A stretch of 64,000 bases of DNA, taken from assembly GCA_964016885.1 (NCBI GenBank), contig OZ024742.1, positions 185,876,001 to 185,940,000 on the forward strand, in the 5' to 3' direction. The notes beneath the pieces are model-generated. The model was not told the origin of the DNA, did no database searches, and was given only the letters and a program-made list of their open reading frames with translations. Positions 13,870-27,490 of this stretch are shown piece after piece; positions within the stretch are counted from its first letter, which is position 1, and every line of letters starts with the position of its first letter. Made by a program: the position numbers and the translations under genes. This DNA is from Eledone cirrhosa (Eukaryota).

Positions 13870-16800
13870 ATGTACTGTTGTTATTGTTGATGTTGCTGTT
13901 GTTATTGTTGTTGTTGCTGTTGTTATTTCTGTTGTCGCTGTTGTTATTGTTGATGATGCTGATGTTATTGTTGTTGCTGTTGTTATTCTTGATGTTGCTG
14001 TTGTTATTGTTGATGTTGCTGTTGCTGTTGTTGATGTTGCTGTTATTATTGTTGATGTTGTTGTTGTTATTGTTGTTGCTGTTGTTATTGTTGATGTTGC
14101 TGATGTTATTGTTGTTGCTGTTCTTATTCTTGATGTTGCTGTTGTTATTGTTGATGTTGCTGTTGTTATTGTTGTTGTTGCTGTTGATATTGTTGTTGTT
14201 GCTGCTGTTATTGTTGATGTTGCTGTTGTTATTGTTGATGTTGCTGTTGTTATTGTTGTTGCTGTTGTTATTGTTGTTGTTGCTGTTGTTATTGCTGTTG
14301 TTGTTATTGTTGATGTTGTTGTTGCTGTTGTTATTGTTGATGTTGTTGCTGTTATTGTTGTTATTGCTGTTGTTATTGTTGATGTTACTGTTGTTATTGT
14401 TGATGTTGCTGTTGTTATTGTTGATGTTGCTGTTGTTATTGTTGTTATTGCTGTTGTTGTTGTTGTTATTGCTGTTGATATTGTTGTTGTTGCTGCTGTT
14501 ATTGTTGATGTTGCTGTTGTTATTGTTGATGTTGCTGTTGTTATTGTTGTTGTAGGTGTTGTTATTGCTGATGTTGTTATTGTTGATGTTGTTGTTGATG
14601 TTGTTATTGTTGATGTTGTTGTTGTTATTGTTGTTATTGCTGTTGATATTGTTGTTGTTGCTGCTGTTATTGTTGATGTTGCTGTTGTTATTGTTGATGT
14701 TGCTGTTGTTATTGTTGTTATTGCTGTTGTTATTGTTGATATTGCTGTTGTTATTGCTGATGTTGTTATTGTTGATGTTGTTATTGCTGTTGTTATTGTT
14801 GATGTTGCTGTTGTTATTGTTGATGTTGCTGTTGTTATTGTTGTTATTGCTGTTGTTATTGTTCATGTTGCTGTTGTTATTGTTGATGTTGCTGTTGTTG
14901 TTGTTGATGTTGCTGTTGTTATTGTTGTTATTGCTGTCGTTATTGTTGATATTGCTGTTGTTATTGTTGATGTTGCTGTTGTTGTCGTTCATGTTATTGT
15001 TGTTATTGCTGTCGTTATTGTTGATGTTGCTGTTGTTATTGTTGACGTTGCTGTTATTGTTGCTGTTGTTATTGTTGATGTTGTTGTTATTGTTGCTGTT
15101 GTTATTGTTGATGTTGCTGTTATTATTGTTGATGTTGCTGTTTTTATTGTTGATGTTGCTGTTGTTATTGTTGATATTGTTGATGTTGCTGTTATTATTG
15201 TTGATGTTGATATTGTTGATGTTGCTGTTGTTATTGTTGATGTTGCTGTTGTTATTGTTGTTATTGCTGTTGTTATTGTTGATGTTGCTGTTGTTATTGC
15301 TGTTGTTGCTGTTGTTATTGTTGATGTTGCTGTTGTTATTGTTGATGTTGCTGTTGTTATTGTTGAAGTTGCTGTTGTTATTGTTGATGTTGCTGTTGTT
15401 ATTGTTGTTATTGCTGTTGTTATTGTTGATGTTGCTGTTGTTATTGGTGATGTACTGTTGTTATTGTTGATGTTGCTGTTGTTATTGTTGTTGTTGCTGT
15501 TGTTATTTCTGTTGTCGCTGTTGTTATTGTTGATGATGCTGATGTTATTGTTGTTGCTGTTGTTATTCTTGATGTTGCTGTTGTTATTGTTGATGTTGCT
15601 GTTGCTGTTGTTGATGTTGCTGTTATTATTGTTGATGTTGTTGTTGTTATTGTTGTTGCTGTTGTTATTCTTGATGTTGCTGTTGTTATTGTTGATGTTG
15701 CTGTTGTTATTGTTGTTGTTGCTGTTGATATTGTTGTTGTTGCTGCTGTTATTGTTGATGTTGCTGTTGTTATTGTTGATGTTGCTGTTGTTATTGTTGT
15801 TGCTGTTGTTATTGTTGTTGTTGCTGTTGTTATTGCTGTTGTTGTTATTGTTGATGTTGTTGTTGCTGTTGTTATTGTTGATGTTGTTGCTGTTATTGTT
15901 GTTATTGCTGTTGTTATTGTTGATGTTACTGTTGTTATTGTTGATGTTGCTGTTGTTATTGTTGATGTTGCTGTTGTTATTGTTGTTATTGCTGTTGTTA
16001 TTGTTGTTATTGCTGTTGATATTGTTGTTGTTGCTGCTGTTATTGTTGATGTTGCTGTTGTTATTGTTGATGTTGCTGTTGTTATTGTTGTTGTAGGTGT
16101 TGTTATTGCTGATGTTGTTATTGTTGATGTTGTTGTTGATGTTGTTATTGTTGATGTTGTTGTTGTTATTGTTGTTATTGCTGTTGATATTGTTGTTGTT
16201 GCTGCTGTTATTGTTGATGTTGCTGTTGTTATTGTTGATGTTGCTGTAGTTATTGTTGTTGTTGCTGTTGTTATTGTTGTTATTGCTGTTGTTATTGTTG
16301 ATGTTGCTGTTGATATTGTTGATGTTGCTGTTGTTATTGTTGATGTTGCTGTTGTTATTGTTGTTATTGCTGTTGTTATTGTTGATATTGCTGTTGTTAT
16401 TGCTGATGTTGTTATTGTTGATGTTGTTATTGCTGTTGTTATTGTTGATGTTGCTGTTGTATTGTTGATGTTGCTGTTGTTATTGTTGTTATTGCTGTTG
16501 TTATTGTTGATGTTGCTGTTGTTATTGTTGATGTTGCTGTTGTTGTTGTTGATGTTGCTGTTGTTATTGTTGTTATTGCTGTCGTTATTGTTGATATTGC
16601 TGTTGTTATTGTTGATGTTGCTGTTGTTGTCGTTGATGTTATTGTTGTTATTGCTGTCGTTATTGTTGACGTTGCTGTTGTTATTGTTGACGTTGCTGTT
16701 GTTTTTGTTGTTGTTGCTGTTGTTAATGCTGTTGTTATTGTTGATGTCGTTGTTGTTATTGTTGCTGTTGTTATTGTTGATGTTGCTGTTGTTATTGTTG

Positions 16801-18560
16801 ATGTAGCTGTTGTTATTGTTGATGTTGCTGTTGTTATTGTTGCTGTTGTTATTGTTGATGTAGCTGTTGTTATTGTTGATGTTGCTGTTGTCATTGTTGA
16901 TGTTGCTGTTGTTATTGTTGATATTGCTGTTGTTATTGTTGATGATGCTGTTATTATTGTTAATGTTGTTATTGTTGATGTTGCTGTTGTATTGTTGTTG
17001 CTGTTGTTATTGTTGTTGTGGTGTTATTTTTGATGTTGGTGTTGTTATTGTTGTTATTGTGGATATTGCATTTGTTATTGTTGATGTTGCTGTTATTATT
17101 GTTGATGTTGATGTTATTATTGTTGATGTTGCTGTTGTTATTGTTGATGTTGCTGTTGTTATTGTTGATATTGCTGTTGTTATTGTTGATGTTGCTGTTA
17201 TTATTGTTAATGTTGTTATTGTTGATGCTGCTGTTGTTACTGTTGTTGCTGTTGTTATCGTTGTTACTGTCGTTATTTTTGATGTTGGTGATGTTATTGT
17301 TGTTGCTGTTGTTATTGTTGATGTTGCTGAAGTTATTGTTGTTGCTGTTGTTATTGTTGATGTTGCTGTTGTTATTGTTGATGTTGCTGTTCTTATTGTT
17401 GATGTTGTTGTTGTTATTGTTGTTGATGTTGTTATTGTTGATGTTGCTGATGTTATTGTTGTTGCTGCTGTTATTGTTGATGTTGCTGTTGTTATTGTTG
17501 AGGTTGCTGTTGTTATTGTTGTTGCTGTTGTTATTGTTGTTGTTGCTGTTGTTATTGCTGATGTGATGTGTGCCGTTGTTATTGTTGTTGTTGGTGTTGT
17601 TATTGTTGATGTTGCTGTTGTTATTGTTGTTATTGCTGTTTTTATTGTTGATGTTGCTGTTGTTATTGTTAATGTTGCTGTTGTTATTGTTGTTCTTGCT
17701 GTTGTTATTGTTGTTGTTGCCGTTGTTATTGCTGATTTTGCAGTTGTTTTTGTTGTTGTTGCTGTTGTTATTGTTGTTATTGCTGTTGTTAATGTTGATG
17801 TTGCTGTTGTTATTGTTGATGTTGCTGTTGTTATTGTTGTTATTGCTGTTGTTGTTGTTGTTGCCGTTGTTATTGCTGATATTGCTGGTGTTATTGTTGT
17901 TGTTGCTGTTGTTATTGTTGAATGTTGCTGTTGTTATTGTTGTTATTGCTGTTATTATTGTTAATGTTGCTGTTGTTATTGTTGTTGCTGTTTTTATTGT
18001 TGATGTTGCTGTTGTTATTGTTGTTGTTGCTGTTGTTGATGTTGCTGTTGTTATTGTTGTTGCTGCTGTTGTTATTGTTGATGTTGCTGTTGTTATTGTT
18101 GATATTGCTGTTGTTATTGTTGTTATTGCTCTTGTTATTGGTGATGTTGCTGTTGTTATTGCTGCTGTTGCTGTTGTTATTGTTGTTGTTGCTGTTGTTA
18201 TTGTTGATGTCGCTGTTGTTATTGTTGTTATTGCTGTTGATATTGTTGTTGTTGCTGCTGCTATTGTTGATGTTGCTGTTGTTATTGTTGATTTTGCTGT
18301 AGTTATTGTTGTTGTTGCTGTTGTTATTGTTGTTATTTCTGTTGTTATTGTTGATGTTGCTGTTGTTATTGTTGATGTTGCTGTTGTTATTGTTGATGTT
18401 GCTGTTGTTATTGTTGATGTTGCTGTTGTTATTGTTGTTATTGCTGTTGTTATTGTTGATGTTGCTGTTGTTATTGCTGATGTTGTTATTGTTGATGTTG
18501 ATGTTGCTGTTGTTATTGTTGATGTTGCTGTTGTTATTTTTGATGTTGCTGTTGTTATTG
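13870..18560. repeat. Long-range copy of ~1575-6200, offset ~12367-12407 bp
   Basis: ORF-track start pairs 4500/16867, 4651/17018, 5203/17570, 5555/17922 and 5939/18306 all differ by 12367 with near-identical translations. GTAGGT-linked ORF ends 2148/14555 and 3728/16096 also match. Confidence 0.9.
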
Positions 18561-18659
18561 TTGATGTTGCTATTGTTATTGTTGATGTTGCTGTTGTTAT
18601 TGTTGATGTTGCTGTTGTTATTTTTGATGTTGCTGTTTTTATTGTTGTTATTGATGTTG

Positions 18660-19350
18660 TTATTGTTGATGTTGCTGTTGTTATTGTTGAAGTTGCTGTT
18701 GTTATTGTTGATGTTGCTGTTGTTATTGTTGTTATTGCTGTTGTTATTGTTGATGTTGCTGTTGTTGTTGTTGATGTTGCTGTTGTTATTGTTGTTGTTG
18801 CTGTTGTTATTTCTGTTGTCGCTGTTGTTATTGTTGATGATGCTGATGTTATTGTTGTTGCTGTTGTTATTCTTGATGTTGCTGTTGTTATTGTTGATGT
18901 TGCTGTTGTTGTTGTTGATGTTGCTATTGTTATTGTTATTGTTGTTGATGTTGCTGTTGTTATTGTTGATGTTGCTGTTGTTATTGTTGAAGTTGCTGTT
19001 GTTATTGTTGATGTTGATGTTGTTATTGTTGTTATTGCTGTTGTTATTGTTGATGTTGCTGTTGTTATTGTTGATGTTGCTGTTGTTATTGTTGTTGTTG
19101 CTGTTGTTATTTCTGTTGTCGCTGTTGTTATTGTTGATGATGCTGATGTTATTGTTGTTGCTGTTGTTATTCTTGATGTTGCTGTTGTTATTGTTGATGT
19201 TGCTGTTGCTGTTGTTGATGTTGCTATTGCTATTGTTATTGCCGTTGTTATTGTTGTTATTGCTGTTATTGCTGTTGTTATTTCTGTTGTCGCTATTGTT
19301 ATTGTTGATGATGCTGATGTTATTGTTGTTGCTGTTGTTATTCTTGATGT
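18660..19350. repeat. ~300-bp tandem duplication with a partial third copy
   Basis: ATTTCTGTTGTCGCT...GATGATGCTGAT at ~18809, ~19109 and ~19280. GTTGAAGTT at ~18686 and ~18986. Confidence 0.8.
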
Positions 19351-22300
19351 TGATGTTGTTATTATTGATGTTGCTGTTGCTGTTGTTGCTGTTGTTATTG
19401 TTGATGTTGTTGTTGTTATTGTTGTTGCTGTTGTTATTGTTGATGTTGCTGATGTTATTGTTGTTGCTGTTGTTATTCTTGATGTTGCTGTTGTTATTGT
19501 TGATGTTGCTGTTGTTATTGTTGTTGTTGCTGTTGATATTGTTGTCGTTGCTGCTGTTATTGTTGATGTTGCTGTTGTTATTGTTGATGTTGCTGTTGTT
19601 ATTGTTGTTGCTGTTGTTATTGTTGTTGTTGCTGTTGTTATTGTTGTTGTTTCTGTTGTTATTTTTTATGTTGCTGTTGTTATTGTTGATGTTGCTGTTG
19701 TTATTGTTGTTATTGCTGTTGTTATTGTTGTTGTTGCCGTTGTTATTGCTGATATTGCTGTTGTTATTGTTGTTGTTGCTGTTGTTATTGTTGATGTTGC
19801 TGTTGTTATTGTTGTTATTGCTGTTGTTGTTGTTGATGTTGCTATTGTTGTTGTTGATGTTGCTGTTGTTATTGTTGTTATTGCTGTTGTTATTGTTGTT
19901 GTTGCCGTTGTTATTGCTGATGTTGCTGTTGTTTTTGTTGTTGTTGCTGTTGTTATTGTTGTTATTGCTGTTGTTATTGTTGATGTTGCTGTTGTTATTG
20001 TTGATGTTGCTGTTGTTATTGTTGTTATTGCTGTTGTTATTGTTGTTGATATTGTTGTTGTTGCTGTTGTTATTGCTGATGTTGCTGTTGTTATTGTTGT
20101 TGTTGCTGTTGTTATTGTTGATGTTGCTGTTGTTATTGTTGATGTTGTTATTGTTGATGTTGTTGTTGCTGTTGTTATTGTTGATGTTGCTGTTGTTATT
20201 GCTGATGTTGTTATTGTTGATGTTGTTGTTGCTGTTGTTATTGTTGATGTTGTTGCTGTTATTGTTGTTATTGCTGTTGTTATTGTTGATGTTACTGTTG
20301 TTATTGTTGATGTTGCTGTTGTTATTGTTGATGTTGCTGTTGTTATTGTTGTTATTGCTGTTGTTATTGTTGTTATTGCTGTTGATATTGTTGTTGTTGC
20401 TGCTGTTTTTGTTGATGTTGCTGTTGTTATTGTTGATGTTGCCGTTGTTATTGTTGTTGTAGGTGTTGTTATTGCTGATGTTGTTATTGTTGATGTTGTT
20501 GTTGATGTTGTTATTGTTGATGTTGTTGTTGTTATTGTTGTTATTGCTGTTGATATTGTTGTTGTTGCTGCTGTTATTGTTGATGTTGCTGTTGTTATTG
20601 TTGATGTTGCTGTAGTTATTGTTGTTGTTGCTGTTGTTATTGTTGTTATTGCTGTTGTTATTGTTGATGTTGCTGTTGTTATTGTTGATGTTGCTGTTCT
20701 TATTGTTGATGTTGCTGTTGTTATTGTTGATGTTGCTGTTGTTATTGTTGTTATTGCTGTTGTTATTGTTGATATTGCTGTTGTTATTGCTGATGTTGTT
20801 ATTGTTGATGTTGTTATTGCTGTTGTTATTGTTGATGTTGCTGTTGTTATTGTTGATGTTGATGTTGTTATTGTTGTTATTGCTGTTGTTATTGTTGATG
20901 TTGCTGTTGTTATTGTTGATGTTGCTGTTGTTGTTGTTGATGTTGCTGTTGTTATTGTTGTTATTGCTGTCGTTATTGTTGATATTGCTGTTGTTATTGT
21001 TGATATTGCTGTTGTTATTGTTGTTATTGCTGTTGTTATTGTTGTTGTTGCCGTTGTTATTGCTGATGTTGCTGTTGTTTTTGTTGTTGTTGCTGTTGTT
21101 ATTGTTGTTATTGCTGTTGTTATTGTTGATGTTGCTGTTGTTATTGTTGATGTTGCTGTTGTTATTGTTGTTATTGCTGTTGTTATTGTTGTTGATATTG
21201 TTGTTGTTGCTGTTGTTATTGTTGATGTTGCTGTTGTTATTGTTGTTGTTGCTGTTGTTATTGTTGATGTTGCTGTTGTTATTGCTGATGTTGTTATTGT
21301 TGATGTTGTTGTTGCTGTTGTTATGGTTGATGTTGCTGTTGTTATTGCTGATGTTGTTATTGTTGATGTTGTTGTTGCTGTTGTTATTGTTGATGTTGTT
21401 GCTGTTATTGTTGTTATTGCTGTTGTTATTGTTGATGTTACTGTTGTTATTGGTGATGTTGCTGTTGTTATTGTTGATGTTGCTATTGTTATTGTTGTTA
21501 TTGCTGTTGTTATTGCTGTTATTGCTGTTGATATTGTTGTTGTTGCTGCTGTTATTGTTGATGTTGCTGTCGTTATTGTTGATGTTGCTGTAGTTATTGT
21601 TGTTGTTGCTGTTGTTATTGTTGTTATTGCTGTTGTTATTGTTGATGTTGCTGTTGTTATTGTTGATGTTGCTGTTGTTATTGTTGATGTTGCTGTTGTT
21701 ATTGTTGTTATTGCTGTTGTTATTGTTGATATTGCTGTTGTTATTGCTGATGTTGTTATTGTTGATGTTGTTATTGCTGTTGTTATTGTTGATGTTGATG
21801 TTGTTATTGTTGATGTTGCTGTTGTTATTGTTATTATTGCTGTTGTTATTGTTGATGTTGCTGTTGTTATTGTTGAGGTTGCTGTTGTTGTTGTTGATGT
21901 TGCTGTTGTTATTGTTGTTATTGCTGTCGTTATTGTTGATATAGCTGTTGTTATTGTTGATGTTGCTGTTGTTGTCGTTGATGTTATTGTTGTTATTGCT
22001 GTCGTTATTGTTGACGTTGCTGTTGTTATTGTTGATGTTGCTGTTGTTATTGTTGTTGTTGCTGTTGTTAATGCTGTTGTTATTGTTGATATCGTTGTTG
22101 TTATTGTTGCTGTTGTTGTTGTTGATGTTGCTGTTGTTATTGTTGATGTAGCTGTTGTTATTGTTGATGTTGCTGTTGTTATTGTTGATGTAGCTGTTGT
22201 TATTGTTGATGTTGCTGTTGTTATTGTTGCTGTTGTTATTGTTGATGTAGCTGTTGTTATTGTTGATGTTGCTGTTGTCATTGTTGATGTGGCTGTTGTT

Positions 22301-22999
22301 ATTGTTGATATTGCTGTTGTTATTGTTGATGTTGCTGTTATTATTGTTAATGTTGTTATTGTTGATGTTGCTGTTGTATTGTTGTTGCTGTTGTTATTGT
22401 TGTTGCTGTTGTTATTTTTGATGTTGGTGTTGTTATTGTTGTTATTGTGGATATTGCATTTGTTATTGTTGATGTTGCTGTTATTATTGTTGATGTTGAT
22501 GTGATTATTGTTGATGTTGCTGTTGTTATTGTTGATGTTGCTGTTGTTATTGTTGATATTGCTGTTGTTATTGTTGATGTTGCTGTTATTATTATTAATG
22601 TTGTTATTGTTGATGCTGCTGTTGTTATTGTTGTTGCTGTTGTTATCGTTGTTACTGTCGTTATTTTTGATGTTGGTGATGTTATTGTTGTTGCTGTTGT
22701 TATTGTTGATGTTGCTGAAGTTATTGTTGTTGCTGTTGTTATTGTTGATGTTGCTGTTGTTATTGTTGATGTTGCTGTTCTTATTGTTGATGTTGTTGTT
22801 GTTATTGTTGTTGATGTTGTTATTGTTGATGTTGCTGATGTTATTGTTGTTGCTGTTGTTATTCTTGATGTTGCTGTTGTTATTGTTGATGTTTCTGTTG
22901 TTATTGTTGTTGTTGCTGTTGATATTGTTGTTGTTGCTGCTGTTATTGTTGATGTTGCTGTTGTTATTGTTGAGGTTGCTGTTGTTATTGTTGTTGCTG

Positions 23000-25900
23000 T
23001 TGTTATTGTTGTTGTTGCTGTTGTTATTGCTGTTGTTGCTGTTGTTATTGTAGATGTTGCTGTTGTTATTGTTGATGTTGCTGTTGTTATTGTTGATGTT
23101 GCTGTTGTTATTGTTGTTATTGCTGTTGTTATTGTTGTTGTTGCCGTTGTTATTGCTGATGTGATGTGTGCCGTTGTTATTGTTGTTGTTGCTGTTGTTA
23201 TTGTTGATGTTGCTGTTGTTATTGTTGTTATTGCTGTGGTATTGTTGATGTTGCTGTTGTTATTGTTAATGTTGCTGTTGTTATTGTTGTTCTTGCTGTT
23301 GTTATTGTTGTTGTTGCCGTTGTTATTGCTGATTTTGCGGTTGTTTTTGTTGTTGTTGCTGTTGTTATTGTTGTTATTGCTGTTGTTATTGTTGATGTTG
23401 CTGTTGTTATTGTTGATGTTGCTGTTGTTATTGTTGTTATTGCTGTTGTTGTTGTTGTTGTTGCCGTTGTTATTGCTGATATTGCTGGTGTTATTGTTGT
23501 TGTTGCTGTTGTTATTGTTGAATGTTGCTGTTGTTATTGTTGTTATTGCTGTTATTATTGTTGATGTTGCTGTTGTTATTGTTGTTGCTGTTTTTATTGT
23601 TGATGTTGCTGTTGTTATTGTTGTTGTTGCTGTTGTTGATGTTGCTGTTGTTATTGTTGTTGCTGCTGTTGTTGTTGTTGATGTTGCTGTTGTTATTGTT
23701 GATATTGCTGTTGTTATTGTTGTTATTGCTCTTGTTATTGGTGATGTTGCTGTTGTTATTGCTGATGTTGCTGTTGTTATTGTTGTTGTTGCTGTTGTTA
23801 TGGTTGTTGTTGCTGTTGTTATTGTTGATGTCGCTGTTGTTATTGTTGTTATTGCTGTTGTTATTGTTGTTGTTGCCGTTGTTATTGTTGTTGCTGTTGT
23901 TATTGTTGATGTTGCTGTTGTTATTGTTGATGTTGCTGTTGTTATTGTTGTTGCTGTTGTTATTGTTGATGTTGCTGTTGTTATTGCTGATGTTTCTGTT
24001 GGTATTGTTGATGTTGCTGTTGTTATTGTTGATGTTGCTGTTGTTATTGTTGATGTTGCCGTTGTTATTGCTGTTGTTATTGTTGATGTTGTTGTTATTG
24101 TTGCTGTTGTTGTTGTTGTTGTTATTGTTGTTGTTGCTGTTGTTATTGTTGATGTTGATGTTGTTATTGTTGTTGTTGCTGTTGTTCTTGTTGTTGTTGC
24201 TGTTGTTATTGTTAATGTTGTTGTTGTTATTGCTGATGTTGCTGTTCTAATTGTTGTTGTTGCTGTTGTTATTGTTGATGTTGATGTTGTTATTGCTGAT
24301 GTTGCTGTTGTTATTGTTGTTGTTGTTATTGTTGATGTTGCTGTTGTTATTGTTGATGTTGCTGTTGTTATTGTTGAAGTTGCTGTTGTTATTTTTAAGT
24401 TGCTGTTGTCGCTGTTGTTATTGTTGTTGTTGCTGTTGTTATTGTTGATGTTGCTGTTGTTGTTGCTGTTGTTATTGTTGATGTTGCTGTTGTCATTGTT
24501 GATGTTGCTGTTGTTATTGTTGTTGTTGCTGTTGTTATTGTTGTTGTTGCTGTTGTTATTGTTGTTGCTGTTGTTATTGTTGATGTTGCAGTTTTTGCTG
24601 TTGTTGCTGTTGTTATTGTTGATGTTGCTGTTGTTATTGCTGCTGTTGTTATTGCTGCTGTTGTTATTGTTGAAGTTGGTGTTGTTATTGTTGATGTTGC
24701 TGTTGTTATTGTTGATGTTGCTGTTGTTATTGTTGCTGTTGTTTTTGTTGAAGTTGGTGTTGTTATTGTTGATGTTGTTAATGTTGATGTTGCTGTTGTT
24801 ATTGTTGATGTTGTTGTTGTTATTGCTGATGTTGCTGTTGTTATTGTTGATTTTGCTGTTGTTATTGTTGATGTTGTTATTGTTGATGTTGTTGTTGTTA
24901 TTGTATATGTTGCTGTTGTTATTGTTGATGTTGCTGTTGTTATTGTTGTAGTTGCTGTTGTTATTGTTGTTGTTGCTGTTGTTGCTGTTGTTGATGTTGC
25001 TGTTGTTATTGTTGATGTTGTTGCTGTTGTTATTGTTGATCTTGCTGTTATTACTGTTGATGTTGATGTTATTATCGTTGTTGTTGCTATTGTTATTGTT
25101 GTTATTGCTGTTTTTATTGTTATTATTGCTGTTGTGGTTGTTGTTTTTGCTGTTGTTATTGTTGTTATTGCTGTTGTTATAGTTGATGTTGCTGTTGTTA
25201 TTTTTGATGTTGCTGTTGTTGTTGCTGTTGTTCTTTGTTGTTATTGTTGTTGTTGCTGTTGTTATTGCTGTTGTTGCTGTTGTTATTGTAGATGTTGCTG
25301 TTGTTATTGTTGATGTTGCTGTTGTTATTGTTGATGTTGCTGTTGTTATTGTTGTTATTGCTGTTGTTGTTGTTATTTGTTGCCGTTGTTATTGCTGATG
25401 TGATGTGTGCCGTTGTTATTGTTGTTGTTGCTGTTGTTATTGTTGATGTTGCTGTTGTTATTGTTGTTATTGCTGTGGTATTGTTGATGTTGCTGTTGTT
25501 ATTGTTAATGTTGCTGTTGTTATTGTTGTTCTTGCTGTTGTTATTGTTGTTGTTGCCGTTGTTATTGCTGATTTTGCAGTTGTTTTTGTTGTTGTTGCTG
25601 TTGTTATTGTTGTTATTGCTGTTGTTATTGTTGATGTTGCTGTTGTTATTGTTGATGTTGCTGTTGTTATTGTTGTTATTGCTGTTGTTGTTGTTGTTGT
25701 TGCCGTTGTTATTGCTGATATTGCTGGTGTTATTGTTGTTGTTGCTGTTGTTATTGTTGAATGTTGCTGTTGTTATTGTTGTTATTGCTGTTATTATTGT
25801 TGATGTTGCTGTTGTTATTGTTGTTGCTGTTTTTATTGTTGATGTTGCTGTTGTTATTGTTGTTGTTGCTGTTGTTGATGTTGCTGTTGTTATTGTTGTT

Positions 25901-27490
25901 GCTGCTGTTGTTGTTGTTGATGTTGCTGTTGTTATTGTTGATATTGCTGTTGTTATTGTTGTTATTGCTCTTGTTATTGGTGATGTTGCTGTTGTTATTG
26001 CTGATGTTGCTGTTGTTATTGTTGTTGTTGCTGTTGTTATGGTTGTTGTTGCTGTTGTTATTGTTGATGTCGCTGTTGTTATTGTTGTTATTGCTGTTGT
26101 TATTGTTGTTGTTGCCGTTGTTATTGTTGTTGCTGTTGTTATTGTTGGTGTTGCTGTTGTTATTGTTGATGTTGCTGTTGTTATTGTTGTTGCTGTTGTT
26201 ATTGTTGATGTTGCTGTTGTTATTGCTGATGTTTCTGTTGGTATTGTTGATGTTGCTGTTGTTATTGTTGATGTTGCTGTTGTTATTGTTGATGTTGCTG
26301 TTGTTATTGCTGTTGTTATTGTTGATGTTGTTGTTATTGTTGCTGTTGTTGTTGTTGTTGTTATTGTTGTTGTTGCTGTTGTTATTGTTGATGTTGATGT
26401 TGTTATTGTTGTTGTTGCTGTTGTTCTTGTTGTTGTTGCTGTTGTTATTGTTAATGTTGTTGTTGTTATTGCTGATGTTGCTGTTCTAATTGTTGTTGTT
26501 GCTGTTGTTATTGTTGATGTTGATGTTGTTATTGCTGATGTTGCTGTTGTTATTGTTGTTGTTGTTATTGTTGATGTTGCTGTTGTTATTGTTGATGTTG
26601 CTGTTGTTATTGTTGAAGTTGCTGTTGTTATTTTTAAGTTGCTGTTGTCGCTGTTGTTATTGTTGTTGTTGCTGTTGTTATTGTTGATGTTGCTGTTGTT
26701 GTTGCTGTTGTTATTGTTGATGTTGCTGTTGTTATTGTTGATGTTGCTGTTGTTATTGTTGTTGTTGCTGTTGTTATTGTTGTTGTTGCTGTTGTTATTG
26801 TTGTTGCTGTTGTTATTGTTGATGTTGCAGTTTTTGCTGTTGTTGCTGTTGTTATTGTTGATGTTGCTGTTGTTATTGCTGCTGTTGTTATTGCTGCTGT
26901 TGTTATTGTTGAAGTTGGTGTTGTTATTGTTGATGTTGCTGTTGTTATTGTTGATGTTGCTGTTGTTATTGTTGCTGTTGTTTTTGTTGAAGTTGGTCTT
27001 GTTATTGTTGATGTTGTTAATGTTGATTTTGCTGTTGTTATTGTTGATGTTGTTGTTGTTATTGCTGATGTTGCTGTTGTTATTGTTGATTTTGCTGTTG
27101 TTATTGTTGATGTTGTTATTGTTGATGTTGTTGTTGTTATTGTATATGTTGCTGTTGTTATTGTTGATGTTGCTGTTGTTATTGTTGTAGTTGCTGTTGT
27201 TATTGTTGTTGTTGCTGTTGTTGCTGTTGTTGATGTTGCTGTTGTTATTGTTGATGTTGTTGCTGTTGTTATTGTTGATCTTGCTGTTATTACTGTTGAT
27301 GTTGATGTTATTATCGTTGTTGTTGCTATTGTTATTGTTGTTATTGCTGTTTTTATTGTTATTATTGCTGTTGTGGTTGTTGTTTTTGCTGTTGTTATTG
27401 TTGTTATTGCTGTTGTTATTGTTGATGTTGCTGTTGTTATTTTTGATGTTGCTGTTGTTGTTGCTGTTGTTCTTTGTTGTTATTGTTGAT
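23000..27490. repeat. Two-copy tandem higher-order repeat, period 2239 bp
   Basis: GTGATGTGTGCC at 23161/25400. ORF starts 23522/25761, 24251/26490 and 24952/27191 are all offset by 2239. Confidence 0.92.
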
